Below are positions 19,337 through 28,439 of a stretch of 64,000 bases of DNA, piece by piece. The stretch covers positions 61,756-125,755 of the IMG/VR virus record IMGVR_UViG_3300035001_000008; one strand, written 5' to 3'. Below the pieces are notes generated by a model. It saw only the letters and a program-made list of their open reading frames with translations. It was not told the origin of the DNA and made no database searches. Positions within the stretch are counted from its first letter, which is position 1, and every line of letters begins with the position of its first letter. Made by a program: the position numbers and the translations under genes. Origin of the DNA: a virus.

Positions 19337-19406
19337 GCCTCTAGAACATACCTTAAGCATTTTAAGACTACAGTGTATCTTTAAGGCTTAAAGCTGTTCT
19401 AGAGGC
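19337..19406. repeat. 12-bp perfect inverted repeat, ~70-nt hairpin
   Basis: GCCTCTAGAACA(19337-48)/TGTTCTAGAGGC(19395-406), inner CCTTAA/TTAAGG. Confidence 0.7.
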
Positions 19407-19440
19407 ATTAACGTTTCTCTAATTAAAGAAAAGGATTAAC

Positions 19441-19647
19441 ATGGAATTTTTAATTTATGAACAAAGCGAGCATAGACAAGAAATAAAAGAAGTCACCCCT
19501 AAACAGTTGTATCACTGGGTAAACAATACGAGTTACACCTATGTCAAAAAATATGAAATTAATGCTTTTGGGCAGAATGCAAAACTAGGTCAATCTATCA
19601 TGTCTGATTTTGAATATGGATACTTAATTGTTACTCGTATCCGGTAA
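19441..19647 (+). CDS. hypothetical protein (68 aa)
   Basis: AAGGA RBS; followed by terminator. Confidence 0.65.
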   Translation: MEFLIYEQSEHRQEIKEVTPKQLYHWVNNTSYTYVKKYEINAFGQNAKLGQSIMSDFEYGYLIVTRIR

Positions 19648-19657
19648 ATCAACATTC

Positions 19658-19685
19658 AACCCTTAGCCACAAACTAAGGGTTTTT
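19658..19685 (+). terminator. intrinsic terminator
   Basis: AACCCTTAG-N7-CTAAGGGTTTTT. Confidence 0.8.
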
Positions 19686-19711
19686 ATTTGTCTAATCTTC
19701 ATCTAACGCTA

Positions 19712-19740
19712 TTGCATGTTTGGTTTACATTTGCGATAAT
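19712..19740 (+). promoter_or_regulatory. sigma70-type promoter
   Basis: TTGCAT-N17-GATAAT with ATCTAA half-boxes upstream. Confidence 0.7.
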
Positions 19741-19766
19741 GGAGGGAGTAAAGAGGAAATACTTAA

Positions 19767-20018
19767 ATGCCTGAATTTAAAACTGATATGCCTACTCTAG
19801 TAATTGACGATAAGACAGATAAGAATAACTGGTTTGCCTTTGTTAAAGATTATGAAACAATTGGATTTATTTCTTCTCTGCCTGAAGCCGTAGGTAAAGC
19901 TGCTGAAATGGGTATAAATCCTGGTTATCTAGTCAGGTTAAGTAATCCAAATCTACAGACTACTTTAGGTATTTCATCTTGCATAGGTTCTTACCAAAAT
20001 GTAAATAAAAAAGGTTAA
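19767..20018 (+). CDS. hypothetical protein (83 aa)
   Basis: GAGGA RBS. Confidence 0.65.
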   Translation: MPEFKTDMPTLVIDDKTDKNNWFAFVKDYETIGFISSLPEAVGKAAEMGINPGYLVRLSNPNLQTTLGISSCIGSYQNVNKKG

Positions 20019-20022
20019 GAAA

Positions 20023-20364
20023 ATGCTAGAAGATGCTATTCAACCATTTTTAGAAGCTGGGTTTAAGAAATTCCCAACAAACGGAGTATCCAGTAAACAT
20101 GCTGCGTTTGGTCTGCAAAAGATAATCAGAGATTCACAAGGTACTAAATACTTTGTCACTGTTTACGTTTATGACTTCTCAAGCATCTCAGATTACCCTA
20201 ATCCAAATAAAGCAAGTTTTAGTTTAAGTTCTCACTTTGATTCTGAATTGTTAGGCAGTGATCAAGTAGAAATTAATACAACTGTTGATTCTCCTAAACA
20301 CGCTATAGAAACCCAAGAAAAACTATGGGTAGCTCTGCAAGGTAAATATTATGAAAGGAATTAA
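20023..20364 (+). CDS. hypothetical phage protein (113 aa)
   Basis: Tightly packed operon. Confidence 0.65.
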   Translation: MLEDAIQPFLEAGFKKFPTNGVSSKHAAFGLQKIIRDSQGTKYFVTVYVYDFSSISDYPNPNKASFSLSSHFDSELLGSDQVEINTTVDSPKHAIETQEKLWVALQGKYYERN

Positions 20365-20368
20365 GTGA

Positions 20369-20611
20369 ATGAAATCTTGCCATGACTGCCGACATTGCGC
20401 TTACAAGTTTTACCACGCTACACGCGAAGACCTTGAAGATGAATCAATTGATTGTGCTTTAGACTTCCCCACTTCACTAACTGAATCTCAATTTGAATCC
20501 GCTATCGCTTCTGAACACTGGCATACTCGTTTAGCTACAAATTGTCTTAAGTTTGAAGAGAAAAATCCTTATTTGCGTAAGCCGACGCCTTCCCTTTTAG
20601 AACTTTATTAG
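20369..20611 (+). CDS. Cys-rich hypothetical protein (80 aa)
   Basis: CHDCRHC...C...C pattern. Confidence 0.65.
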   Translation: MKSCHDCRHCAYKFYHATREDLEDESIDCALDFPTSLTESQFESAIASEHWHTRLATNCLKFEEKNPYLRKPTPSLLELY

Positions 20612-20622
20612 AGGAAATTAAA

Positions 20623-20943
20623 ATGACACAACTGATTTATCAAATTGAGGGAGAATCTACTACATATTCCAGTGACAGTAGGAAATTTACTCAGTATGAA
20701 TTCCCTAATAATGTAGAGGTGTTTGACCTAGGTATATTTCAAAAACATCCTACAAGCCTTGAAGTTATATTTAGACTTAAATTGATTGCGCTAGCTAGAG
20801 ACATTAAAGCAAGTTTCAAAGCAGACCACGCTATTAATCTGAGTTTGAGTTTAGCTTACACTATAGCCGAAATATGGGAAATAAACTCTAGCTTAGGTAG
20901 AAAACTAGAATCTGAAATACTAGGCCAAATTAAAGGAAATTGA
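20623..20943 (+). CDS. hypothetical protein (106 aa)
   Basis: GAGGA RBS. Confidence 0.65.
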   Translation: MTQLIYQIEGESTTYSSDSRKFTQYEFPNNVEVFDLGIFQKHPTSLEVIFRLKLIALARDIKASFKADHAINLSLSLAYTIAEIWEINSSLGRKLESEILGQIKGN

Positions 20944-20944
20944 A

Positions 20945-21217
20945 ATGCAATTAGCTAATGGATTGAAGGTTGGAGATGTTTGTTTTTGTGAAGGGAATGA
21001 TGGTTTACTAAGTGGATTCTTAGCCAGGATTTTAGATATAGATTTAGATCAAGATGAAGTAGTTATTGAGAATTTAGAAACTAAAAAACAACCAACTATA
21101 TATAAAGGTCGTTTAGTAACTCTTAATTTTATCAACGCTCAGTTAACAGACCAGGTAATTCAAATTGAAAAGTTGCGTGATTCTATTGCAGACATTTTGA
21201 ATAAGGAATCAAACTAA
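20945..21217 (+). CDS. hypothetical protein, SH3/KOW-like start plus coil (90 aa)
   Basis: LKVGDVC...ARILDID pattern. Confidence 0.6.
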   Translation: MQLANGLKVGDVCFCEGNDGLLSGFLARILDIDLDQDEVVIENLETKKQPTIYKGRLVTLNFINAQLTDQVIQIEKLRDSIADILNKESN

Positions 21218-21498
21218 TGAAATCAGTTGCCCGTTTCACTATTCGCCCTAATGGCGATAAAGATGATTTAATTTTAGGTGGAGTTTCTAGAGATTCACCG
21301 CTTAAATCAGGCCGTATCTATGAGATTAGAGAAATATTGGGAGTACTTACTATTGTAGATCTAGGCCCATCTGAAATTAAAATTAAGCGTAATCGTACAG
21401 GTGCAAGTTGGAACTGTGACATAAACGGAATTATAACTAATGGTCTAAATTATGCGTTAATGACTGAACAAGACTTTAATGAAAAGGAATCAAACTAA
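21217..21498 (+). CDS. hypothetical protein flanked by 17-bp direct repeats (93 aa)
   Basis: TAATG coupling both ends; AAGGAATCAAACTAATG at 21203 and 21484. Confidence 0.7.
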   Translation: MKSVARFTIRPNGDKDDLILGGVSRDSPLKSGRIYEIREILGVLTIVDLGPSEIKIKRNRTGASWNCDINGIITNGLNYALMTEQDFNEKESN

Positions 21499-21668
21499 TG
21501 TTCGGTAAAGACAGGGATGACGGAATTATAATTCTAGCCTTATTCATTTTCAGCAGCTTATTTATGTGGTTAGGGTTTTCAATGGCATCAGGTGGGGTAT
21601 GCAAAACAAGAGCAACACTGCCTTTATTCGCTGAACAGTTGTTTATAACTTTTATGGGTGAGAGATAA
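21498..21668 (+). CDS. small membrane protein (56 aa, not in ORF track)
   Basis: MFGKDRDDGIIILALFIFSSLFMWLGFSMASG...; TAATG coupling both ends. Confidence 0.6.
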   Translation: MFGKDRDDGIIILALFIFSSLFMWLGFSMASGGVCKTRATLPLFAEQLFITFMGER

Positions 21669-21895
21669 TGTTTGAAAAAGAATTAAATGAACTTAAATCT
21701 CAGGCTGTTAATGCAATAAGTGAACGATTAACAGAAGATGATAAAAGCTTTGCCGATATAGGTGTTGTTAATCTACATCTATGCCATTACCTAGAAGATT
21801 TAATCTCTTTACTCGATACGATGCCTATAGCTAAGGTTCATAAAATGGTAGATGATTACTACGATTCAATTCAGCCAGATGTAAACGAGTATTAA
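21668..21895 (+). CDS. hypothetical protein (75 aa)
   Basis: TAATG coupling. Confidence 0.65.
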   Translation: MFEKELNELKSQAVNAISERLTEDDKSFADIGVVNLHLCHYLEDLISLLDTMPIAKVHKMVDDYYDSIQPDVNEY

Positions 21896-22086
21896 TGAAT
21901 CAAATTCTAGTCTACCAAGACCGTTGTTTAGTTGGATTTATCGCCCCTGATATTAACAGGGGTAATTTGTTTTACGGTAACAATCTAACGTTAGCTTTTA
22001 TTCATGGCTTATCGAAAGTAGAGGCATTAGATAAACTTAGATTAAACGGGTATCAGTTTCGTACAGCAGAATCTTTAGCTAATTAA
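21895..22086 (+). CDS. hypothetical protein (63 aa)
   Basis: TAATG coupling. Confidence 0.6.
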   Translation: MNQILVYQDRCLVGFIAPDINRGNLFYGNNLTLAFIHGLSKVEALDKLRLNGYQFRTAESLAN

Positions 22087-22091
22087 ATTAA

Positions 22092-22598
22092 ATGCATTGT
22101 AATTGGGTTGATTTAAGTAAATATGATGAGCAATGTACTGAGTATGCGAATGAAGTTGATTCACTTAAATTAGGCTTTGTTAGTTCAAGTTATAGAAACC
22201 CAAGTCCCCATCGAATCGGAAAATTGGGTGAGTGTATATTCGGAGAATTATTCAATTTACCTGTTAACTTTGATCTTCATTATCAAGGTGATAACGGAAT
22301 TGATTTTAAATTAAACGGATGGATTGTAGATGTAAAGTCTACAGTGTATTGGAAACACCCTGATCTTAAGGAGTTTCCTAACCTGGCTCACGTACCTGAT
22401 GTGTACGTGTTGGCCGCTATTGACCCTGAGAGGATGCGGGGAAGGCTTGTAGGCTTCTGTAGTGCGCTTAGGTTGCTGAGTATGCCACCTACTGATTACA
22501 AAGGCTTAGGGCGTAGGTACTGGGTAAGCGGGGATGCACTTTGTAAGGACTGGCTAATATTAGACAACCATTCGATGAAGTATGCCAAAGTAGCTTGA
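22092..22598 (+). CDS. PD-(D/E)xK-fold nuclease-like protein (168 aa)
   Basis: GKLGECIF (E), GDNGIDF (D), VDVKST (D-x-K). Confidence 0.65.
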   Translation: MHCNWVDLSKYDEQCTEYANEVDSLKLGFVSSSYRNPSPHRIGKLGECIFGELFNLPVNFDLHYQGDNGIDFKLNGWIVDVKSTVYWKHPDLKEFPNLAHVPDVYVLAAIDPERMRGRLVGFCSALRLLSMPPTDYKGLGRRYWVSGDALCKDWLILDNHSMKYAKVA

Positions 22599-22649
22599 TT
22601 AATTAAGGTAGTTGAGGCATACTGAGGGAGTAGTTAAGGGATTGATTAT

Positions 22650-22856
22650 ATGAGTGTGCAACGCAAAATTATTGAGACAATTGAAGAAAATGACCTAGAG
22701 TTAATTATTTACAGTGCCGTCACTTTTATTGGTAGTACTTTTGGGTATACCCTTAGTTGTAAGGCTTACACTATTAAAACTGAATCAGGTTTTGCTAGAT
22801 TTGAAAGCGCTAAACAAGAAGGTCTATTTCATCTTAAAAAGAGTATAGGAAAATAA
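22650..22856 (+). CDS. hypothetical protein (68 aa)
   Basis: AAGGGA RBS. Confidence 0.6.
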   Translation: MSVQRKIIETIEENDLELIIYSAVTFIGSTFGYTLSCKAYTIKTESGFARFESAKQEGLFHLKKSIGK

Positions 22857-22860
22857 CTAA

Positions 22861-23052
22861 ATGATTACCACTATTCACCCCGGTTTTACTTATCAGATTG
22901 TAGAAAACGGACACACTTTAACAGGTGAAGTTTTAGAGATTAATAGAACTGCTCAAAATACTTTTACCTATCGCGTTTTATGGTCTGATAATACCGAATC
23001 AATTGAAACATCGATTTCACCAAGGACAACTAAATGTACCAACTTAAATTAA
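22861..23052 (+). CDS. small SH3-like protein (63 aa)
   Basis: GEVLEI...YRVLWSD pattern. Confidence 0.55.
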   Translation: MITTIHPGFTYQIVENGHTLTGEVLEINRTAQNTFTYRVLWSDNTESIETSISPRTTKCTNLN

Positions 23053-23185
23053 TCAACCTCAACACTGGCAATGTTGATAAATCTTTCACTCGCTCAACTA
23101 AAGTAGCAGCCAGTAAACTTTTGTTTAATTTAATCAGAAGCAATAGCCGACAGTTTGATGTAACTGTAACTAAGGATTAATTGGA

Positions 23186-23395
23186 ATGTCTCATCAAATT
23201 ACTACAGAAGATATTCTAGGGTATTACTCTAACTCAATTGCTAGTAGCCGTAAGGAAAGGAAGTCTTTAGCTATCGGGGTTACTCCTACCTGTGAGAAAG
23301 GGTTGATTTCTGAATATGTTTTACTGTCTCAGGGTGTAATTGTTCTTAGAACTAAGGATATTAATGAAGCGGTAAACGCTTACAATCAACTTTAA
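23186..23395 (+). CDS. hypothetical protein (69 aa)
   Basis: AAGGA RBS. Confidence 0.6.
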   Translation: MSHQITTEDILGYYSNSIASSRKERKSLAIGVTPTCEKGLISEYVLLSQGVIVLRTKDINEAVNAYNQL

Positions 23396-23407
23396 TTTAA
23401 GGATGTT

Positions 23408-23650
23408 ATGCCTGATAAACTTGATTTCAATTCACTAACTCAAACTCAAATTGACTGCCTATGTGCAATTGCTTTTGGTGGTTCTCAAGTATGGCCTAAG
23501 CAAACCTTAAACTTCTTAGTTGATAAAGGTCTGATTGAACATCACCCTATTAGAGATGGTGTCTTTACTACTCATACTTACGAAATGCCTAGTCACGTTC
23601 ACATTCAATTTTGTGAATGGTGTTCTGATACTTATACTGAGGGAGAATGA
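23408..23650 (+). CDS. small winged-helix-like protein (80 aa)
   Basis: LTQTQIDCLCAI...TLNFLVDKGLIE pattern. Confidence 0.55.
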   Translation: MPDKLDFNSLTQTQIDCLCAIAFGGSQVWPKQTLNFLVDKGLIEHHPIRDGVFTTHTYEMPSHVHIQFCEWCSDTYTEGE

Positions 23651-23955
23651 TGAAGCTGAATGTTAAACCTAAAATAATACTCAACGTAAAACCTAAGATG
23701 AAAAATGAAGTGATTATTTCATATTGGAATGAAGACATTATCAAAGTAGAGTGGTTGACAAAAATAGGGCAAGACTATATTAAAAAAGTTGTGGCCGATA
23801 ACTCAGACATATTACTTCCTACAAGTCTTGTTTCTTCTGATGCAAACGTTTGCTGTTTTGGTATTTCTAAAGACTACTACTTAGAAGAGGTAGTTCAAGC
23901 CATAGAACTTCAGGCACCGGATGATGTGACCGTTATTTATAACAAAGGGAATTAA
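23647..23955 (+). CDS. hypothetical protein (102 aa)
   Basis: ATGA overlap. Confidence 0.6.
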   Translation: MMKLNVKPKIILNVKPKMKNEVIISYWNEDIIKVEWLTKIGQDYIKKVVADNSDILLPTSLVSSDANVCCFGISKDYYLEEVVQAIELQAPDDVTVIYNKGN

Positions 23956-23960
23956 CTAAA

Positions 23961-24104
23961 ATGTCTGTAAAAGAAACTGCTGACAAAATTAAATCTAAGT
24001 ATGGTTCAAAATCAAATATGCCTAGCTATGCTCAGGTATTGAGTGAACTTAAAATAGGTTTAGGTGAATACCTGTTAGCTGTTGAATGGTTAGGCTGGGA
24101 TTAA
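23961..24104 (+). CDS. small hypothetical protein (47 aa, not in ORF track)
   Basis: AAGGGA RBS; MSVKETADKIKSKYG... Confidence 0.5.
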   Translation: MSVKETADKIKSKYGSKSNMPSYAQVLSELKIGLGEYLLAVEWLGWD

Positions 24105-24186
24105 CTTCACAAAACAACCGCTTAAGTTTACGTCAACTTTATTTAATGTTAGATATACTTTAGAAGTACTGAAGGAGAAAGGAATT

Positions 24187-24420
24187 ATGAGTTCTAGTCT
24201 TGAGTCAAGTCTAAAACCCAACGCTCCAGCTAATTCAAGGTTTTTAACTAATACCGAACACCAAACTTTAGAAGATTACTTGGCCGCTGTTTCAGATCAT
24301 GACATTGTTAATGAAATATTCCGTAGTAAGCCTGAAGAATTGATTATGTTAGACGAAGCATACTCTCTAAAAGGAACTTTAATACCTGGACATAAAGCTG
24401 TGTTTAGACGGTTTGTTTAA
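24187..24420 (+). CDS. hypothetical protein (77 aa)
   Basis: AAGGAG RBS; box CAACTTTATTTAATGTTAGAT at ~24134-54 upstream. Confidence 0.65.
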   Translation: MSSSLESSLKPNAPANSRFLTNTEHQTLEDYLAAVSDHDIVNEIFRSKPEELIMLDEAYSLKGTLIPGHKAVFRRFV

Positions 24421-24446
24421 TTAACCCATCTAACCCTAAACACTTC

Positions 24447-24474
24447 ACCTCTAGCCTAAAAACTAGGGGTTTTT
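24447..24474 (+). terminator. intrinsic terminator
   Basis: ACCTCTAG-N8-CTAGGGGTTTTT. Confidence 0.75.
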
Positions 24475-24482
24475 CTTTACCT

Positions 24483-24518
24483 TAACTTTATCTAATGCTA
24501 GACGACAAGCTATATAAT
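24483..24518 (+). promoter_or_regulatory. box-type phage promoter
   Basis: TAACTTTATCTAA-N17-TATAAT. Confidence 0.75.
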
Positions 24519-24544
24519 AGTCGTATAGCAAGCAGGACAGGGAA

Positions 24545-24781
24545 ATGAAAACAGCTTACGCATCCTTTAACCATAACGCTACTCATTCAGATGAGTTTTT
24601 AGTTACTGAAGCTTATATGTCTGAACTGGGTAAGCAGTATGCCCTTGAAGGTAAGTCTTTACCTGTTAAAGTGAATCTACCAGGTAGACCCTTTCCCTTT
24701 CACATCAAGCGTTCTAGACACGAATGGGCCTGTGCTTTCACTGATAGCTATTTTGCAACTAAAAAGGACTTAAGTAAATGA
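24545..24781 (+). CDS. hypothetical protein (78 aa)
   Basis: AGGA..GGGA RBS after promoter. Confidence 0.65.
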   Translation: MKTAYASFNHNATHSDEFLVTEAYMSELGKQYALEGKSLPVKVNLPGRPFPFHIKRSRHEWACAFTDSYFATKKDLSK

Positions 24782-25240
24782 AATCTAAATTTGGTATTCA
24801 CAATTACAACTTAAACGGTTTAGATTCACTTGAAATTTTAAGGCTTGCTGTATATCAGCAAAAGTTAGCTAATGATTACATTGCTAAGCTTGAATCTCAG
24901 TTAGATGAACTATTGGATAAGGATTAAATTAAATGCAAGTAACATTTAAGCATGGTAATTCTCAAACTGTTTCAGAAATACCTGAATCTGATTGTGAGGA
25001 TGTTACCCTTAATTTAATTAAAGATAAGGCTAGAGAAATTAAATTGAGTTGTGGTGTAAAAGTTAGTTGGGAAATTGTGAAATGACAAAGATTGTTTATG
25101 AAATATGGATACGCAATCAGAATAACCCAGATTGGCGCAAGATGGATCAAACAAGAGATTCAATGCAGTCTGCCCTAAGTCTTTCTTCCATTATGGAAAA
25201 GAAAGGGTTTGAAGTAGATATACGTGAAGTGTCACTATGA
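24778..25240 (+). CDS. three small coupled ORFs not in the track: 24778..24927 (49 aa), 24933..25085 (50 aa), 25082..25240 (52 aa)
   Basis: Hand translation; ATGA overlaps link 24545, 24778 and 24933, 25082, 25237. Confidence 0.55.
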
Positions 25241-25491
25241 AACAACCAATCTACGTTGTCATATATGATCCTACTTTTCCAGGTGTGAATAGGCTTTACT
25301 TAAACGACTCTAACCAATGGGTACAATGCTTTAATGATGCTGCTACATTCTATGATGGGGAATCAGCCAGTACCGCTAGGGATGCGCAAATAAGGACTAT
25401 AAAAAATAACCCTAATCCAACTATCAAGAATAATATTGCTTCAATTAAGGCTAGAATTTTTATTAAAGATGTAGCCGTTGAATCTTTTTAA
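25237..25491 (+). CDS. hypothetical protein (84 aa)
   Basis: ATGA overlap. Confidence 0.65.
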   Translation: MKQPIYVVIYDPTFPGVNRLYLNDSNQWVQCFNDAATFYDGESASTARDAQIRTIKNNPNPTIKNNIASIKARIFIKDVAVESF

Positions 25492-25539
25492 TTAAATCCC
25501 CTCACACTAACTTTATTAAATCAGAGCATGTCTTTACGT

Positions 25540-25575
25540 TAGCTTTGCCTATTGTTAAATAGAGTGAGAGATAAT
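25540..25575 (+). promoter_or_regulatory. box-type phage promoter
   Basis: TAGCTTTGCCTAT-N17-GATAAT. Confidence 0.65.
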
Positions 25576-25602
25576 AGATACATACAGCAAGGACACTTAA
25601 AA

Positions 25603-25839
25603 ATGAACATTCCTCAGCAGCTAACCAATTCAATCGAAACTTCTAATAAAGTAAGAATTGGTAAGACTACCTACGATATTCTTTCAGTGTCTAACACCTT
25701 TGGTTTCCTAACCTTTACCATTCAGGCGCATAAGCGCAATCAAACTAAATCTTTAATGCAGCAAGATGCTTCTTTTGTTTTAATGACCGACGGCAAACGC
25801 TCAACAATGCCTAAGTTTGTAACCCCTGAGTTTATCTAA
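25603..25839 (+). CDS. hypothetical protein (78 aa)
   Basis: AAGGA RBS before ATG 25603. Confidence 0.65.
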   Translation: MNIPQQLTNSIETSNKVRIGKTTYDILSVSNTFGFLTFTIQAHKRNQTKSLMQQDASFVLMTDGKRSTMPKFVTPEFI

Positions 25840-25866
25840 CTTTAAGCGCCCTAAGGCGCAATTAAT

Positions 25867-25895
25867 AAACCCCTCTAGATAACTGGAGGGGTTTT
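25867..25895. terminator. bidirectional intrinsic terminator
   Basis: AAACCCCTCTAG-N4-CTGGAGGGGTTTT between convergent genes. Confidence 0.85.
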
Positions 25896-25899
25896 AAGT

Positions 25900-26106
25900 T
25901 TAAGGAATATCAATCATTTCAGCTACACCACGTAAGATAGCAGCACACTTAAACCGCCATTCAGTTAAGCTGAAAATCCACATTAAACCGGCAGGGTCAG
26001 TACGCCACCATTCATCTTGCACAGCTTTATAAAAATCAGCGATAAGCTGTTTATTTAACTCAGCTTCATTGCCTAATTGTTGCCAAACATTAGATTCATT
26101 TTGCAT
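25900..26106 (-). CDS. hypothetical protein (68 aa)
   Basis: AAGGA RBS. Confidence 0.6.
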   Translation of the reverse strand: MQNESNVWQQLGNEAELNKQLIADFYKAVQDEWWRTDPAGLMWIFSLTEWRFKCAAILRGVAEMIDIP

Positions 26107-26177
26107 AGGTAATCCTTTAATTTATGGGCATAGCCTGTATAATGTCATATAATTATTATATAGCATTAAATACTTGA

Positions 26178-27032
26178 ATGAAGTATACGGAAGATGTGAT
26201 TAAAGAGTTTTGTCAGGAGAATGGCTTAACCTTTAATGGGATTGTTTCAAAGCAAGGTACTAACCAACTTATTAGAAAAGTTGACGTAACATGCCATTGT
26301 GGGCACCGATACGACATAATGCCCACAATGCTTATAAAATCTAAAGTGTCGTGCAATAAGTGTAAATATATAAAAGTTAGAACGACAAGTGCTAGTGATA
26401 TACAGCAATTAGCTGAGGATAGAGGGTATACATACGTAAAAGAGGTTAGTCTTAACCGCCGTAGATTTATAGACTTAGTTTGCCCATCTAAGCATGAAGT
26501 AACTCTTAGAGTTGATCATTTTGTGAGCGGTAGTGGTTGTGGATATTGTAAAAAGAACGTCAAACATTCCTATGAGTTTGTTAGACAAACTATAGAGTCC
26601 GAGGATGGATACACGCTTCTATCAACCGAATATATTAATGAACACACACCCCTGTTAGTAGAGTGTCCCAAAGGACATACATGCCAACCTAACCTTTCAA
26701 ATTGGGTAAAAGGTAATAGATGCTCTACTTGCTCTGGTGCAAATTTTACACTAGCCCCTGCGTCTGTTTATTACGTTAGGTTTGACACTAAATTGGGGCC
26801 GATGTATAAAATAGGTATCACCAGTCATAAAAACGCCGAAGATAGGTTTTACCGTGAAAATATACCTTTTAGAGTTCTATCGGAATCTAGGTATATGTCT
26901 AGAGAATTTGCATTGTTGGAAGAACGCAGTATCTTAAATAAATACGAAAAATTTAGATATAAAGGAGAACCTTTACTCTTATCTGGCAGCACTGAACTAT
27001 TTACAAAAGATGTATTAAATCTAGATGTCTAG
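26178..27032 (+). CDS. Zn-ribbon-repeat protein with C-terminal GIY-YIG-like endonuclease domain
   Basis: Repeated CPxGH...CxxC units; YYVRF..YKIGIT..RF..SGSTELF; paralog of 47560..48615. Confidence 0.75.
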   Translation: MKYTEDVIKEFCQENGLTFNGIVSKQGTNQLIRKVDVTCHCGHRYDIMPTMLIKSKVSCNKCKYIKVRTTSASDIQQLAEDRGYTYVKEVSLNRRRFIDLVCPSKHEVTLRVDHFVSGSGCGYCKKNVKHSYEFVRQTIESEDGYTLLSTEYINEHTPLLVECPKGHTCQPNLSNWVKGNRCSTCSGANFTLAPASVYYVRFDTKLGPMYKIGITSHKNAEDRFYRENIPFRVLSESRYMSREFALLEERSILNKYEKFRYKGEPLLLSGSTELFTKDVLNLDV

Positions 27033-27033
27033 A

Positions 27034-27528
27034 TTATTCTTTTTCGTCTAAACTCTGTAAGAGAGTATCAATACCCCAGGCATGATCCATTTTCTCTAAA
27101 GCTGAACTGCTTACCTTATCGTAAACCTCAATCAGTTTAAGCATTTCTTGGGGCTTAAGATCTTCTACATCAATAGTAGTAAGCCATTGCTTAGCGAGGG
27201 AGTGCATTGAGTCTGAAATCTCCCACAGGCTCTTACCAAGCTTGTAGGTACACTCTCTGATGTAATCTACTTCCTTAGCGTGTTCTACCTTTTTAAGATA
27301 GAGAATGGTAGCGTCTAAACCATCCTTAAATGCTGACAACCTACGCCATTTGACTAGCGTTTGCTGTGACATATTAATACGCTTAGCCACCTCTTTATCA
27401 GTAATCCCTGGAGTACTGGCTAAGTAAAAAATAGCGTGAATCTGCTTAGCATTAAGACCTTTACCATTCAAAAATGATAGGTCAGATGCTAAGTCAGTAT
27501 TTTCTGCTAAATTTTGGTTTTGTGTCAT
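27034..27528 (-). CDS. HTH protein, terminase small subunit candidate (164 aa)
   Basis: N-terminal HTH (LNAKQIHAI..ITDKEVAKRINMSQQTLVKWRR), helical middle, acidic tail; same strand as terL but 17.7 kb away. Confidence 0.45.
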   Translation of the reverse strand: MTQNQNLAENTDLASDLSFLNGKGLNAKQIHAIFYLASTPGITDKEVAKRINMSQQTLVKWRRLSAFKDGLDATILYLKKVEHAKEVDYIRECTYKLGKSLWEISDSMHSLAKQWLTTIDVEDLKPQEMLKLIEVYDKVSSSALEKMDHAWGIDTLLQSLDEKE

Positions 27529-27559
27529 TAGTTAAATTACTTTTGGGTAAATTTTACCC

Positions 27560-27808
27560 TTATCCTATTTCAATCTCACCGTCGTCATCATCAATGATGA
27601 ATGTAGGCTCATCTATTTCTCTACCCTGTTGCAAAAGGTCTAATGAATCATTCCAGATACAGGTAGCTAAATCTAGTATAGCGCCTTCACTTAATCTAAT
27701 TTTATTAGACTTAAGCCCTGCTTTTATCTGAGCAACAGTATCAACCATCAGTTTAGTTTTGAACTGATGATTAATTAAAAATAAATCAGTTGGGTTTGAT
27801 GGTGTCAT
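27560..27808 (-). CDS. hypothetical acidic protein (82 aa)
   Basis: ORF upstream of TerS candidate. Confidence 0.55.
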   Translation of the reverse strand: MTPSNPTDLFLINHQFKTKLMVDTVAQIKAGLKSNKIRLSEGAILDLATCIWNDSLDLLQQGREIDEPTFIIDDDDGEIEIG

Positions 27809-27865
27809 TGTTTTATTATAGATTAAATAAAAAACCTCTGTTGTGATCAGAGGTAGGGAGTTGAT

Positions 27866-28006
27866 TTAATACATATCAAGAACTGTAATGTATCTGTCCT
27901 TTGATTTGTCATATATTTCAGCTCCTTCATCAAGTAGATCTCTTAGTCTACGAGGATGAATCGTTTCAACTTCCAGTGTTTGACCTTTAAGCTTAATTAC
28001 AAACAT
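27866..28006 (-). CDS. small hypothetical protein (46 aa, not in ORF track)
   Basis: AAGGAG RBS; MFVIKLKGQTLEVETIHPRR... Confidence 0.55.
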   Translation of the reverse strand: MFVIKLKGQTLEVETIHPRRLRDLLDEGAEIYDKSKDRYITVLDMY

Positions 28007-28019
28007 TTTCAATCTCCTT

Positions 28020-28439
28020 TTATTTAAGTGACACAGCCAATTCAGGTACTATCTCAGTAATCTCAGTTACTCTACTGTCATATTCCTTTTGAAGCGCTTT
28101 AAGGCGCTTTGAGGTAGTTAACAAATTAAGTTGAGCTTGTAAGTCTTCAATCTGCTGAGTAACCGCATCAATACCAGCAGCATTACTCAATTGAATACGT
28201 TCAATCTCAGAATCAATATCTTGTTTAATAGAATCTAAATCTGAATCAGTTTCAGGCGTAGGTTTAACGTTCTTAAGCCTGATAGTAACACTGCCACCAT
28301 CCAAAGGAATTTTAGCTTTATCATTCTCAGCCTTAAAAGCTAAAGCTTCATCAAGTGCCAATTCTTTTTGAAACTTAAATTTAGATTCAAGTTCCTCTAA
28401 TTGAGATTTGAGTGTAATTAACTGTTGTAAGTTTTCCAT
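28020..28439 (-). CDS. coiled-coil hypothetical protein (139 aa)
   Basis: Heptad-rich ORF in packed minus operon. Confidence 0.65.
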   Translation of the reverse strand: MENLQQLITLKSQLEELESKFKFQKELALDEALAFKAENDKAKIPLDGGSVTIRLKNVKPTPETDSDLDSIKQDIDSEIERIQLSNAAGIDAVTQQIEDLQAQLNLLTTSKRLKALQKEYDSRVTEITEIVPELAVSLK

